A stretch of 64,000 nucleotides of DNA from Setoptus koraiensis. Its lineage: Eukaryota; Animalia; Arthropoda. The DNA is taken from the NCBI GenBank assembly GCA_048013815.1, contig CM106586.1, forward strand, positions 7,068,001-7,132,000. Reading direction: 5' to 3'. Position numbers and translations under genes: made by a program. Position 1 is the stretch's first letter. Each line of letters opens with the position of its first letter. A model generated the notes under the pieces. It worked only from the letters and a program-made list of their open reading frames with translations. It was not told the origin of the DNA and did no database searches. Of the stretch, positions 35,901 through 46,048 are shown piece after piece.

Positions 35901-36435
35901 AATCACTGGGGAACCTCCTGGTGTAGTTCTAGAGGATGATGAGGACGAAACTACCAAACTTTTGGATCTTAGTATTGGTCCACAAGTGCATGAGCTTGAT
36001 TCAATCTGTCTAGCAAGTGATTATGCTGGAGACGACTTTCTACCGGAGCCACTTGATGAGGAGGGAAACAAAATTCATAAATCTGACGAGCTCCACAACA
36101 GGGATGCAGTTCCACCAGCGAATACAACCTCGCAGATGGCACCCAAACCTACTCGACCACCGCCCCCATCAAACAAATTAAGTACCGGTGTGTCATGTCA
36201 GTCTGCCAACAGAAGTCCAATTGACTGCAACTCAGAAACATTCAGCTACTCTTTTAACGATTCCGATGATATACAAAACACTAGTATGTCTGATTATGAG
36301 AATCGCCCACCCCCTTCCATGCCGCCACCACCACCACCACCTTCTGAACTTCCAACGGGCGATTCTTGTCCGGTCCCACCTAGACCCTCGCGTGTTGCAC
36401 CACCACCGCCATTACCGGATCGGGGTCCCAAATAA
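32968..36435 (+). CDS. SYNJ1: Synaptojanin (SAC1 + inositol 5-phosphatase + RRM-like + Pro-rich tail), intronless
   Basis: RLSSERAGTRF, CLDCLDRTN (SAC active site), TWNVNGG, WCGDFNYR, PAWTDRVL, SDHRPV. First ATG at 32968. Confidence 0.97.
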   Translation: MGILKALTVSKRESNGTYSVLLQRIPSTNQPSLLFEAGAIAPLDSEETAQIRKGNTFTKILDGYMCLGALQLTHGDSKKDILFLVLVTGCVSVGKIQHSEVFRITETEFIPLRNHLGDLHLVQDVKKLLNSSAFYFSCTSNKTLPPLDLTLPAQRTHFTSNTDNRFFWNRALYKHFERYNIDTSQWLIKVLCGGINISTVYIGGQQARAAIISRLSSERAGTRFNVRGVNDYGHVANFVENEQVVFVGNIILSYVTIRGSIPLFWEQPGWQVGSHRIRMSRGSEISQPAYDKHMLSLKERYTNVVIVNLLSLKDSEIVINQLFNAHHKKSIIGQDFPFINFDYHAMCPRGQKDNLEKLYANHLDSVTQEQSFFYMSNGQVKSTQKGVFRVNCLDCLDRTNSLQTFIGLKVLAQMVEMLERDDSSKILPRFKDVFESAWVQNGDQISRIYAGTGALEGKSIFKDGTLSVARTIQNNFLDGSKQCAIDVLIGKPLNRDYEYRSSSLLPSNLLLAPPCILESMCDRYLDYSYPDRIKISVATWNVNGGKHFDNITYSRARPLSDWLVDYKSCTGVPEDSEPVDIYAIGFQEIVDLNASNIVAARGENQRDWLREIRKTISKNDHQYLLVSSVQLVGVCLFIFVRAPVASFVKDVATDQVKTGLGGATGNKGAVAIRLRFKSTSICFICAHFAAGQHQMKERNDNYVEITRQLHFPGGRSINSHDYIFWCGDFNYRLDKITNEDARRAIWKSDIDNLLEHDQLKISQKEGHTFVDFVEGEIKFAPTYKYDTNSTEYDSSEKLRIPAWTDRVLFRKRYATRHNESLTDPKQITFYNRIELLSSDHRPVICEFEIEVLNVDKKKRNDVFESVLEECGPPDSTILVYASESNDSSERVDINQDQMIGTISKFFEGEAGEIVLVRSVEDKLRITFKDGTIALKAFKLNGSKLNELNLVLHVQLANNDWTNVIKNELSLGVNNTVNLITGEPPGVVLEDDEDETTKLLDLSIGPQVHELDSICLASDYAGDDFLPEPLDEEGNKIHKSDELHNRDAVPPANTTSQMAPKPTRPPPPSNKLSTGVSCQSANRSPIDCNSETFSYSFNDSDDIQNTSMSDYENRPPPSMPPPPPPPSELPTGDSCPVPPRPSRVAPPPPLPDRGPK

Positions 36436-36700
36436 TGACGTAATAATTGCTGGATTAATATATTATATCTACCTGCTTGTGACGCAATTTAGACTGTCTT
36501 AGTTTATGTTAGCCAGCTATAACAATGATTAAATTTTATTATTTAGAAGTATGACTCAACACTTTAGTGTTTTCAACTCATTAGTGATTTATTCATACTC
36601 GTTTAAACAATATTCTGAACAAAATACAATTGGGTGCGACGAACGTGATACTGTTTTCGGAAGTTTTTTATGAGTCTACTTTTATTTCCGAGTCACTACC

Positions 36701-39700
36701 TTAGAGGGGTCGATCGTCAGCTCGGTGACCAAATGGGCTATCTATCACGTCAATATTGTTAGTGTTGCTTTTGTTGAGACAAGTACTTTGATCCCGACGG
36801 GGCGAGCCTAGCAAATTGGCTTTTTCATCTACAAGTAATACTTGACGCTCGTATAGTGGATTGGAGAAATTAGTAGTGCGCTCGTTGAGATCTATTGAGA
36901 ATGCACAATGTATCAAACTTGCGGAATCGTCCTCGTCAAACATCGGGTTGTTGATTTCTATATTTGTTCCATTTACATCATCGAACATCCTTCTATGATT
37001 GAAGCCAATTGAACCATTCATACCTCCAACTAGCCATTTTCTTCTGCCACGATTTTTACTACCAATCACCACCACTAACGCAGCGATTGCTGTGGCGAGA
37101 ATGATAAGAATCACAGCTATATAACTAAACCAATTCACATTGTTCTTATATGAGTCGCTAGATAGTTGCGAATGAGTTTGGCTAGAGACTGAATGACAGT
37201 CATTTTCGTCCTCTTGAAGAGGACAATCGACGAAACCATCACATTTAGATGTATTATTTATACATATTGTACTGTTGGTGGTCAAATAGCAATGGAATTG
37301 ATTAGAGCTACAAGAATTTGCTTTGATGGGTTGTTTGTTTGACTCGATAGGAACTGAGCTAGGCGTGGTAGTTTGTAGACAAGGGGGTGTCAATGTTGTT
37401 TTTTGGGCAACCAGTTGTGTAGTTGGCTCTGTTGATGGTAGTTCGGTGGTTACTCTGTAGGTTTCTTCATCCGTGTCTACGGAAATGAAATGTTCACTTT
37501 TGTTTGAGTTGAGAATAACAGAGTCATCCGGGCTCATCGTTGATTCCCATAGTTGACATAGATGTGGATGTTTCGCACATGCTTTAAATGATATAGGTTT
37601 TGAAATCGGTGGCTGAACGACTCGTGACTCTCGACTTTCTTTCTCTCCTTGACATCCTCCTTTAAGGTTACATTCGCATGATATTTTTCCATTCGAATCT
37701 ACTATACAGGTCCTATCAGAATGGCAACCTCCATTGTTGATCGAACATGGGTGTTTGGAGCATTCGAGGTTTTCCGGTGCCACTACTGTTATACCCATCG
37801 GTCTTTGTATGTTTTTCTTGACTTGTAAGCTCTGTTCGCCAGTAAACTTGTTGGCTTTGTACACCCCTCTAGCTAACCAATCAGTCCAGAATACATAATT
37901 GTCCCACACCGCAACTGCAAAAGGATGCTGTGGCACCGCTGATACTAATATTACACGCTGGGTACCATCTAGATGACAGGTTTCAATTTTATCTAGGCGG
38001 GCATCGCACCAGTAAAGTTTATGAAGTTGATGATCGATTGCTATACCATTAGGCATCTTTATGTCGGTAGTTATAATAGATTCAACTTTGAATGCATTGT
38101 GATGGCTTGCTCTTTGAATTGAAGGTTGTTGCTGATTCCAATTAGTCCAGTAAATATATTCATAACATTGGTCGACAGCAATACCTCGTGGCTTATCATC
38201 TAACGATAGTTTAATTATTTTTTCTATCACAGGCATTTCCGTCGAGTTAGATCCACTAATACACATTTTACCCTGAGGTTCGGTTGATGAAGGGCAAGGC
38301 TCTGTTTTTCTTCCGTCGGACGTTATGTTCATGCGAGATATTGTGTAATCAGTTATACTTGTCCAGAAGAGTTGCTTGTCGATGTAAGCTACTCCCTCAA
38401 CTAGACCCTGTTTCTCAACCAAGACTTTAGTTTCTGTTCCATTGAAGAGGACACTACTTATCTGGCCGTGGGTGATTTCAGAATAGATCACACGACCACT
38501 TTTAGAGTCCACACTGAGAGCTATAATATTAGTCAATCTATCATCGATTATTGGTTTAAAGGGTGAGTTGATTGAAGATTCGTCATCTTTCACATGCAAC
38601 GAGTCAATCTGAGATAATTTTGAGAACATAATGAATACTTCGTAAGGTTGACATGATACACCATCGCTAGCTAGCCGGCCATGAGAACAGATGCATCTAC
38701 GTTGACCTGGTGAACCCAAATAAAGACAGAGATCCGAACAATTTCCGTTATTTGAGACGCACGGATTAGTTTCAGGGGGTGGCATGGGTTGCTTATTAAA
38801 GATGATAACATCCTTGATACCATCGCCGAGATCGTGTTGTATAGTAACTCTATTGCTGGCATTATTTTTGTCGTATCTTATAATTGAGCCGGAGAATGAG
38901 ACTGAATCTGCAACGTAGATGTACTGCTGATAAAGGGCAATGGAGATCGGGTGACTGTAAGATGTAGATTGGTACGGGTGACTGCTGTTGAGAACAACTT
39001 GACGCTCACTCCCATCTATTTTAACTCGTTCAATCATCGATAGGGCTGAATCTACCCAGTAAATGAAGTCTTCCAGATAATCTATGGCTATATCATTTAT
39101 GTGTGATATTGAAGTATTCACCACAATTCTTCGGTCGCTACCGTCAAGTTTAGCCATTTCTATTTTTGGATTGCTACCAACATCGCTCCACACTATGTAT
39201 CCTCGGAGGGGATTAACAGCAATACCATTTGCTTTGTCCATGTCGCCGCTTATAATGACATAACGATGAGAACCGTCAAGCCTAGCGATCTCAATCAGAT
39301 CATAGTATGGGTCCAGCCAGTATATATTTTCAGCAACCCAATCTATACCAATGCTTTCCTCTGATTCTAGACCGTGTACAATCACTTGATGACCTGTTGT
39401 ATCCCTTCGGATTTTGGTAATACTACCATCCTCATTGTCGACCCAATAGATGAGATTCTTGTTGTGCACAAAGTCAATTGATGATGCTTTATAGGCCTTG
39501 TGTATTGGCGGTAAAAATAGATCGTCCGGTGATGAGTCTGGTTCAATACTAACTCCTTTCATGCCCCAGTTATAAGAGAAGATCATAAACAGGTCTTGAC
39601 CTAGACAATCTGTTTCATTCTGCGAACTTATCGAGTAACCTATGGTGCACTTGCATACCCTGTGAGTTGAGTCAGTAGGGACGCAAAGTTGTTTACAACC

Positions 39701-42247
39701 TCCATTGTTGACACTACAAGCATTTGTACCAACTTGTGCTGATGAATTATATACTTTTAGCGCAGTCAGTTGATCTGAGCTTTGGGTTAACTTCATCATT
39801 TCTTTGCTAGTTGTTGTATTAGCATGTTTGGACATCCTTACCAGAACTTCGTAAGGACTCTTGGTGGCAACAATCAAATCTTGACCATGAAGGCACAAAA
39901 CGCTAGGACTCAATTTGTTGTTGGCTGTTTGTTTATCGTCATCCCACAGAGTAACAACTATTCCATCATCTATATCGTAATATTGTATACTTGAGTTGTC
40001 GACATTTACCCAATAGAGCCTATTCAACTCGTAGTCCATTGCAAGACTGGATGGACCGTCTAAATTGGGATTCATGGTTTTTGATGTTATAACTTTTCTA
40101 TCACTTCCGTCCATTCTTGACATAAATATTACAGGTTCAACTCCCTGGCCAGTCAAATTTTCTTCGTCAACACAAAACAATAATCCTCTGACAGGATGAA
40201 CAGCCAAAGATTTGGGTGACAAAATCTTCGAAGAGGCGTCCATCAATATCGAAATAAATTCTCCATTAAGATTTGAGATGTATATTTTACCAGGATTCTT
40301 ACCAACTTGACTCGTGACATAGATGTTTCCAGATATCCAGTCAAGTGCCAACCCAGATGGTGCTTCAATGACTACATCAATAATAGTTTCAATCGTTCCA
40401 CCAATCAGTTGTGCTCGTCTAACTTCATTCAATTGTGTATCCGCCCAGAATATTCGGCGAGATTTAGCCTCAAATTCAAACTGCTTAGGCAGAAAAACCT
40501 TCGGCACACTGATGGGCGATATTATGTGATACAAAGGCTGTTTGATATCAACTCCCCGGATTTCATTTGGTTTGCCGAGCAGAAGTACCTCCTCATTGCT
40601 TTCGCAGGTCATGTTATCGTCCTTCAATCGCATAAGATGAGGGCAATCACAACGCCTCCTTTGCTTGGTGCTAAGCAAACATAAATGACTGCAGTTGCCT
40701 TTGTTGAGATGACAAGGATTTAGGGACTCATCGCTTAATCTAGGTTGTCTGGAAGGGTGATATACTTTGATGTCGAATATTCTAGTCGGGAGATGCTGTA
40801 GTTCTCTGCTGTCTGAACCATTGAATTTATTTGCAACCACCACGGAGTTCGTTTTCCAGTCAGTCCAATATAAGTTATTCTCGAAGATGGTGATAGCAAA
40901 GGGATGATTGAGCAATTTGATGTCTTTGACCAGCATCCTATGGTTTTGGCCGTCATAGTCGACAGTATGTATAGAATCAGAGTTGGCGTCGATCCAATAA
41001 ACTCGAGTATTTTCATAATCTAAAGTTAATCCATTCGGCCATCCACCTTTGTGATCTTTGATGGAGGAAATGATTGTACGATCCTCTCCGGCCATCGTTA
41101 TTCGCTCGATTCTAGGGTTGTGTTTGTCCCAATCACTCCAAAATAAGTATCCGTATCTTGGATCCACTGATATAGCCCTGGGATTGTCCATATCTCCTGC
41201 GACCAACGTCCTCCGAGATATGCCTTGCATGTCAGCGACTTCAATTTGATCAAGATTTGACTCCACCCAGTATATATTTCTACCAATCCAATCTACAGCT
41301 AGTCCCTCGGCGGTAGCTAAGCCTGTTTGAACCACTACATCCACGTTCGTGACAGTGTTGTTTATGATTGTGCCTCGATATATCTTTTCATCCACAACAT
41401 CAGTCCAGAATATATATCCTTCCGTCTCTGAGTAAAATAAATCAAGCGCAATAGTATTCTTAAGTCCAGAAATGAGAGTTCTTGATTTGTTTTTCCCATT
41501 CTGTCCAAAGTCCAGATCAAAGCTCTTTATCTCCTGCCTTATAGAATACATCAGTATAGGTGTAGCCTTACTCAAAGATTTGCACGTAAAGTTGTCCTCG
41601 GCCAACTTGAAGCCAGCTTTGCAACTGCAAGCCACTTGAAAAGCGTCCAATTGTTTGCATTTCTGACTACAGGTGCCCCAGTTTGTGCAAGATTGTTTCA
41701 AAGGGATGCATTGGTAGGAGTGATTGTTTGTTAAAGCTATATTGTCATTTGTTTGAGTGAGAATCTTGCCCTCGGGACATGCCAGTTGTTGTTGTAGCTG
41801 AGATTGTTGCTGCGTTTGATGTTGCAGTGGTGCTTGGCTGTGTATAATATGATTGTTCACTGATAGGTTGTTACTAAACTGTGTGATAGTGCTATTGTTA
41901 GAGTTACTTTCATCATAAATGTTGTCATTATCGTTTGCATTTTGGGTAGTGCTGGTGCTGATTTGGGTAGTTGTGCTAGGAGCACTGAGTGTTGATGATG
42001 ATTTGAGGGAATTGAATTTTCTAGTTACACCATTGTTAGAATTAAGATGAGATTTTGACGATAATTTAGCGTCTTCGGCTTGATGAGAGGGTGTCGCAAT
42101 GCCAGCGAGTGTCTCGACGAGGTGCTGCTGGTGGGTAAAGACTTGTACGGTTGATAAAAGTGCAAAAACTAAAAAGTACTTATACACCACATTGCTAGGG
42201 TTGCAGGCAAGCATGATGGTAGTCCTCTTACACGGCTTCCTATTCAA
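36701..42247 (-). CDS. LRP1: LRP1-like receptor, shortened (4 YWTD propellers, 1 LDLa, TM, two NPxY-type motifs), intronless
   Basis: Propellers match LRP1 propellers 3-6 ('GLATAEGLAVDWIGRNIYWVESNLDQIEVA', 'CPHLM.L..DN.TC', 'EIRGVD'). Tail 'NIEINNPMF...TNFSNPLYE'. Confidence 0.85.
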   Translation of the reverse strand: MNRKPCKRTTIMLACNPSNVVYKYFLVFALLSTVQVFTHQQHLVETLAGIATPSHQAEDAKLSSKSHLNSNNGVTRKFNSLKSSSTLSAPSTTTQISTSTTQNANDNDNIYDESNSNNSTITQFSNNLSVNNHIIHSQAPLQHQTQQQSQLQQQLACPEGKILTQTNDNIALTNNHSYQCIPLKQSCTNWGTCSQKCKQLDAFQVACSCKAGFKLAEDNFTCKSLSKATPILMYSIRQEIKSFDLDFGQNGKNKSRTLISGLKNTIALDLFYSETEGYIFWTDVVDEKIYRGTIINNTVTNVDVVVQTGLATAEGLAVDWIGRNIYWVESNLDQIEVADMQGISRRTLVAGDMDNPRAISVDPRYGYLFWSDWDKHNPRIERITMAGEDRTIISSIKDHKGGWPNGLTLDYENTRVYWIDANSDSIHTVDYDGQNHRMLVKDIKLLNHPFAITIFENNLYWTDWKTNSVVVANKFNGSDSRELQHLPTRIFDIKVYHPSRQPRLSDESLNPCHLNKGNCSHLCLLSTKQRRRCDCPHLMRLKDDNMTCESNEEVLLLGKPNEIRGVDIKQPLYHIISPISVPKVFLPKQFEFEAKSRRIFWADTQLNEVRRAQLIGGTIETIIDVVIEAPSGLALDWISGNIYVTSQVGKNPGKIYISNLNGEFISILMDASSKILSPKSLAVHPVRGLLFCVDEENLTGQGVEPVIFMSRMDGSDRKVITSKTMNPNLDGPSSLAMDYELNRLYWVNVDNSSIQYYDIDDGIVVTLWDDDKQTANNKLSPSVLCLHGQDLIVATKSPYEVLVRMSKHANTTTSKEMMKLTQSSDQLTALKVYNSSAQVGTNACSVNNGGCKQLCVPTDSTHRVCKCTIGYSISSQNETDCLGQDLFMIFSYNWGMKGVSIEPDSSPDDLFLPPIHKAYKASSIDFVHNKNLIYWVDNEDGSITKIRRDTTGHQVIVHGLESEESIGIDWVAENIYWLDPYYDLIEIARLDGSHRYVIISGDMDKANGIAVNPLRGYIVWSDVGSNPKIEMAKLDGSDRRIVVNTSISHINDIAIDYLEDFIYWVDSALSMIERVKIDGSERQVVLNSSHPYQSTSYSHPISIALYQQYIYVADSVSFSGSIIRYDKNNASNRVTIQHDLGDGIKDVIIFNKQPMPPPETNPCVSNNGNCSDLCLYLGSPGQRRCICSHGRLASDGVSCQPYEVFIMFSKLSQIDSLHVKDDESSINSPFKPIIDDRLTNIIALSVDSKSGRVIYSEITHGQISSVLFNGTETKVLVEKQGLVEGVAYIDKQLFWTSITDYTISRMNITSDGRKTEPCPSSTEPQGKMCISGSNSTEMPVIEKIIKLSLDDKPRGIAVDQCYEYIYWTNWNQQQPSIQRASHHNAFKVESIITTDIKMPNGIAIDHQLHKLYWCDARLDKIETCHLDGTQRVILVSAVPQHPFAVAVWDNYVFWTDWLARGVYKANKFTGEQSLQVKKNIQRPMGITVVAPENLECSKHPCSINNGGCHSDRTCIVDSNGKISCECNLKGGCQGEKESRESRVVQPPISKPISFKACAKHPHLCQLWESTMSPDDSVILNSNKSEHFISVDTDEETYRVTTELPSTEPTTQLVAQKTTLTPPCLQTTTPSSVPIESNKQPIKANSCSSNQFHCYLTTNSTICINNTSKCDGFVDCPLQEDENDCHSVSSQTHSQLSSDSYKNNVNWFSYIAVILIILATAIAALVVVIGSKNRGRRKWLVGGMNGSIGFNHRRMFDDVNGTNIEINNPMFDEDDSASLIHCAFSIDLNERTTNFSNPLYERQVLLVDEKANLLGSPRRDQSTCLNKSNTNNIDVIDSPFGHRADDRPL

Positions 42248-43570
42248 TTTGATATTGTCAGTAAAAGCTGATTGTGATTGCCAATGTAAAATATACTGTG
42301 AACACCGATTGATTAGTCGGTGATTATGACGTCAATGAAATTAAGAACAAAAGTTTTCAGAATAAGTCATGGAGGAACCTATCGAAGATATGGTGGTTGT
42401 CATCCTAGATCAGGCACATCCCTGGACAGCCTGATAGTTGGTAGTGTGAAGTGTGAGTATTTTTTTTACTTTTCTAGTTTGTGTTCAAGTGAATTCATCT
42501 GTCAAGCCCAATCCATTAATAGTTTGAACATTTTGGCTGTTTCGTTCATAGTCGTGCGTTCGAATGATTCGAATAAGATTGGTCAATTATGTTATTACCG
42601 ATTGTGATATAGATGAAAATAACGGTCTAAATGCAAATAATGGATTTAATGCAACGAATGTGACTGAATGTGATGACCAAGATAAATGTGTGTAGTTATT
42701 TTCAAGCTTATTTAATTTCATACAATAGGTTGACATCTGTTTAGTTTATATAGAGAAGTGGTCAAAGCTGGGCGTGCATTGTCCAATGAGGATGTTATAT
42801 TCAATTCTGCAGTACGTGCATGCATTTGCTGCTGCTGCTACACACAAATAGACACACACACAGACACACTCACTTTGCTAGGAGTCTCCCAGTAGGAGAT
42901 GCATATCATTGGTTTCGGACGCCTGAAGAAGCCAGTGGAATGGAGAAAGAGAGAAGACGACTAGCAGTAGTATAGAAACACTGGCGCATACTTTTGTTCG
43001 AATGATCTTGTCTGTGTGTCTGTGCGTGCGTCTATTCGTTTGTAGGAAAGGCATTTACACGCACTTACACCATTGTTATTGTTGTGACCAGAATAAAAGT
43101 TAGTGCGCGTGCGCGTATAACGCGTCCATCATTAATATGCTTCATGGTATGATCTCTCTCTCATGCACCATTATGCTTCATAGCATAATCATATAGTGGT
43201 GGTATGTCCGACAACTTTGCCTATATCGACTGGCAAGGTTGGCAAAGGCTCGCAAAATATCGAATTGTGTCCCTCTCTCACTCTCTCTCCTTGAATACAA
43301 TTCGAACTTTTCTCGATGCAACAAACTTAATGTCCTCTCTTCATGCGAACAACTTTTCAGTCAGTCAATTGTCGATAATTTAGGCCGAATATTCTCTTGT
43401 CCGTTCGACAGGCAATGATGGTGCTAGCTCGGCGACTAAAATAACAAACTAGCACGTAGAACGTAGAACGTTTGTGCCAAGTAATCGATGATTGAATAAA
43501 TTCGAACACAAAGTTGACAATACAATTCAACACAAACTTATAAGTTTAGTTATAAATTCACGTTTACTGT

Positions 43571-45220
43571 TTATTTATTATTGCTTGAGTTATTATTTAT
43601 AGTTTGCATGTCAGATGGCGACAAATATATTATGTTGGAATTACTTAGATACTTGTTCAAGTATATGTATTCCTCGGGACAACTGTAAGCATAGGAAGAT
43701 TGCCATCGTAAATAAAGGGAGGACCACAAACTAATAGACGCTATATGATCGTTCACTTCCATTACTATCGAGGAACTTGTACGATTATAAAATGGATTGA
43801 ACATGTTCAATGTGTAGCCACTCTCCAGTGATGCATTGGAAGAGTTTATATTATTTGTTATTGCGGATGACGCATTCCCCGTCATTGAATGCGCTTCGGA
43901 AGTGCTGGGGTTTTTACATTGCAAATTAATCTGTTGAAGTTCATTCTCCAAAATTTGTGGATGATTTAATGAAATTTGGTTGTGCGATAACCATGATAAC
44001 GACTTCTTGTAAGTAGATGTGGATAGTATTGAATCAAGTGATTGATGTTGCTCACCATTCATATTGGTCATTTCATGAATATTTGACCGATGGTTATTAT
44101 CGGTGTAACTGTCGTTGAGTGTGCCATTTTTCCATTTTGAAAACTCTACTCTACTAATAGTATTGTTGTTTACATTCTGATAAGTTTGTGTCTGTGATTT
44201 TTGTTTCTGATTTGATATAAATTTTGTGGGTATAAATTGAGCATCATACAGGTATCTTAAATATTCACTAGTGAATTCAAATCTATAGGGATTCTGAGAA
44301 TACATCTGACACACACAATCTAAAAATAGAATAAATAAAGTACTAACACTATTGCAATGATGAAGGCCTTTGTAATTGTGACCACAGAGATATATCCATT
44401 CTTTACTTATTAAAGATTCAAAACCGTCTATGGTACGAGTGTGGGGATCTAGTAGTATTTGTGCCAGTGATGATATAACACAATTCCAATGTCGATCTTC
44501 ATTTTCTATCAGCAGCACGGAGGCCTCAGTTAATACTGTCCTAGCAGTCGTCTTGGCGAGCTTGATTGTTTGGCTAACTATTGATAACCATTTGCCACTT
44601 TTTGATATAAACTTAGATCCCGGTTCTATACCGGGGCGGCAAACATTGCGCAATTTCCTGTGTGCTATCTCCACTGAATTCAGACTAGGCGCAAGAACAG
44701 TAATATCCATCATTCTTGATGGCTTGACTATCTTCGTTAGTATTTTTGATATGTCTGATTGATAGTCGAATGATGCACATCGAATAATGAAATTACGACG
44801 GTATTCTATGGGGCAACAGTAGCTCAGTATAGGAACGCGATGATCCCTTATGTTTGTCGACATCTTGTGAATGAGAGTTACATCGTCTAGATCTTTAGGT
44901 ACAAAAAATGATATTGGTAGGCTATCACTCAATTGGAAGGATTCATTACATTGTGATATTCTAGTTAGAGAGTTATTTTGTTTTGCATCTCGCCCAGGAC
45001 AATCAACTGGTTGCTCTTGAAAGCTTTCAATCTGATTCAACCAATGTGATTCTCTCAGATACCAGTCTTTAGGATAACGATATTGATATTTTTTCGACAG
45101 TGAGTACCATAGCATCGACACTTCATGATCGGATTTATGTTTGGAGAAACCCTCATTTCCATGATTACTTGTGCCTGGCGGTGATCTCCTAGTGATCGAA
45201 TTTCTAAAAGCCTTCCTCAT
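43571..45220 (-). CDS. Myotubularin-related pseudophosphatase (MTMR10/11/12-like)
   Basis: 'CVISSLAQILLDPHTRTIDGFESLISKEW', 'LFLDCV.Q...QNP..FEFT'. The catalytic CSDGWDR is replaced by IENEDRH. Confidence 0.85.
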   Translation of the reverse strand: MRKAFRNSITRRSPPGTSNHGNEGFSKHKSDHEVSMLWYSLSKKYQYRYPKDWYLRESHWLNQIESFQEQPVDCPGRDAKQNNSLTRISQCNESFQLSDSLPISFFVPKDLDDVTLIHKMSTNIRDHRVPILSYCCPIEYRRNFIIRCASFDYQSDISKILTKIVKPSRMMDITVLAPSLNSVEIAHRKLRNVCRPGIEPGSKFISKSGKWLSIVSQTIKLAKTTARTVLTEASVLLIENEDRHWNCVISSLAQILLDPHTRTIDGFESLISKEWIYLCGHNYKGLHHCNSVSTLFILFLDCVCQMYSQNPYRFEFTSEYLRYLYDAQFIPTKFISNQKQKSQTQTYQNVNNNTISRVEFSKWKNGTLNDSYTDNNHRSNIHEMTNMNGEQHQSLDSILSTSTYKKSLSWLSHNQISLNHPQILENELQQINLQCKNPSTSEAHSMTGNASSAITNNINSSNASLESGYTLNMFNPFYNRTSSSIVMEVNDHIASISLWSSLYLRWQSSYAYSCPEEYIYLNKYLSNSNIIYLSPSDMQTINNNSSNNK

Positions 45221-46048
45221 TGAGATTGTTGTTATGTGTTAGAATTGATATTTTCCAATGTGTCGCGCCGCGTTATATTGATCGATTTGTTGCGGTGTGC
45301 AAAGAATACACCCAAGAGAATTTATGTGAGCCCAGATGACAAGGTGCTTATACAACTATTGTTAGATAAATTTTGATTAAAATAAATATTGATGCTCCCA
45401 GTAAGCGTTTGTTTCTTGAGGTAATAGGCACAATTAGTTAAGTGCACTCTGTATCATCATTGGATTTTGAACCTTTGTTATTGCGTCTACCTAATGTACA
45501 ACAATAACATATTTGAATGAAACGACAGATATACACAGTTAATTATACAAATCTACCCGAGGCAATATCGACAATCCGCACCGTTCGTCACCGCCCACGA
45601 AAGCTCATCACAGCAGTTCTTTATTTTCCCATCAGGTGAGTGTTCTTTCCAGCATGAATACATGAGCCGGCTAGAATCTCATGTCCGCACACTTGCTCCA
45701 GAATGTCGATGTGAAAAAATCCGCTAGGTGCGCTAGTGATGCTTTGGAATGCACAGAGCACTCTGAAGTGTTTCACTAAATGTTTATATTTTTCGATTGC
45801 GCACATAAGCATGAATTTAATAGTCCCAGAGAGCGTAGCAGCAGCGCCCTTGTGGACTTTTTCGCATCGACATTTGAATATAGGAAAACAATCACTCAAT
45901 GTAATGGTAGAACAGGAGCATTGACAACAATGTCTTCAAAAAATAACCACGGAAGAAAAGATAAAATAAAAATGAAAGTAATCCTGAATTTGGCCCTAGC
46001 AAAGGAAATTATCATAGCTACCTGGACAACATAATGACTTGAACAACC

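Noticed and set aside
45600-46034. Short ORFs between MTMR and VPS53
   Set aside because: No recognisable homology; probably promoter or UTR sequence.
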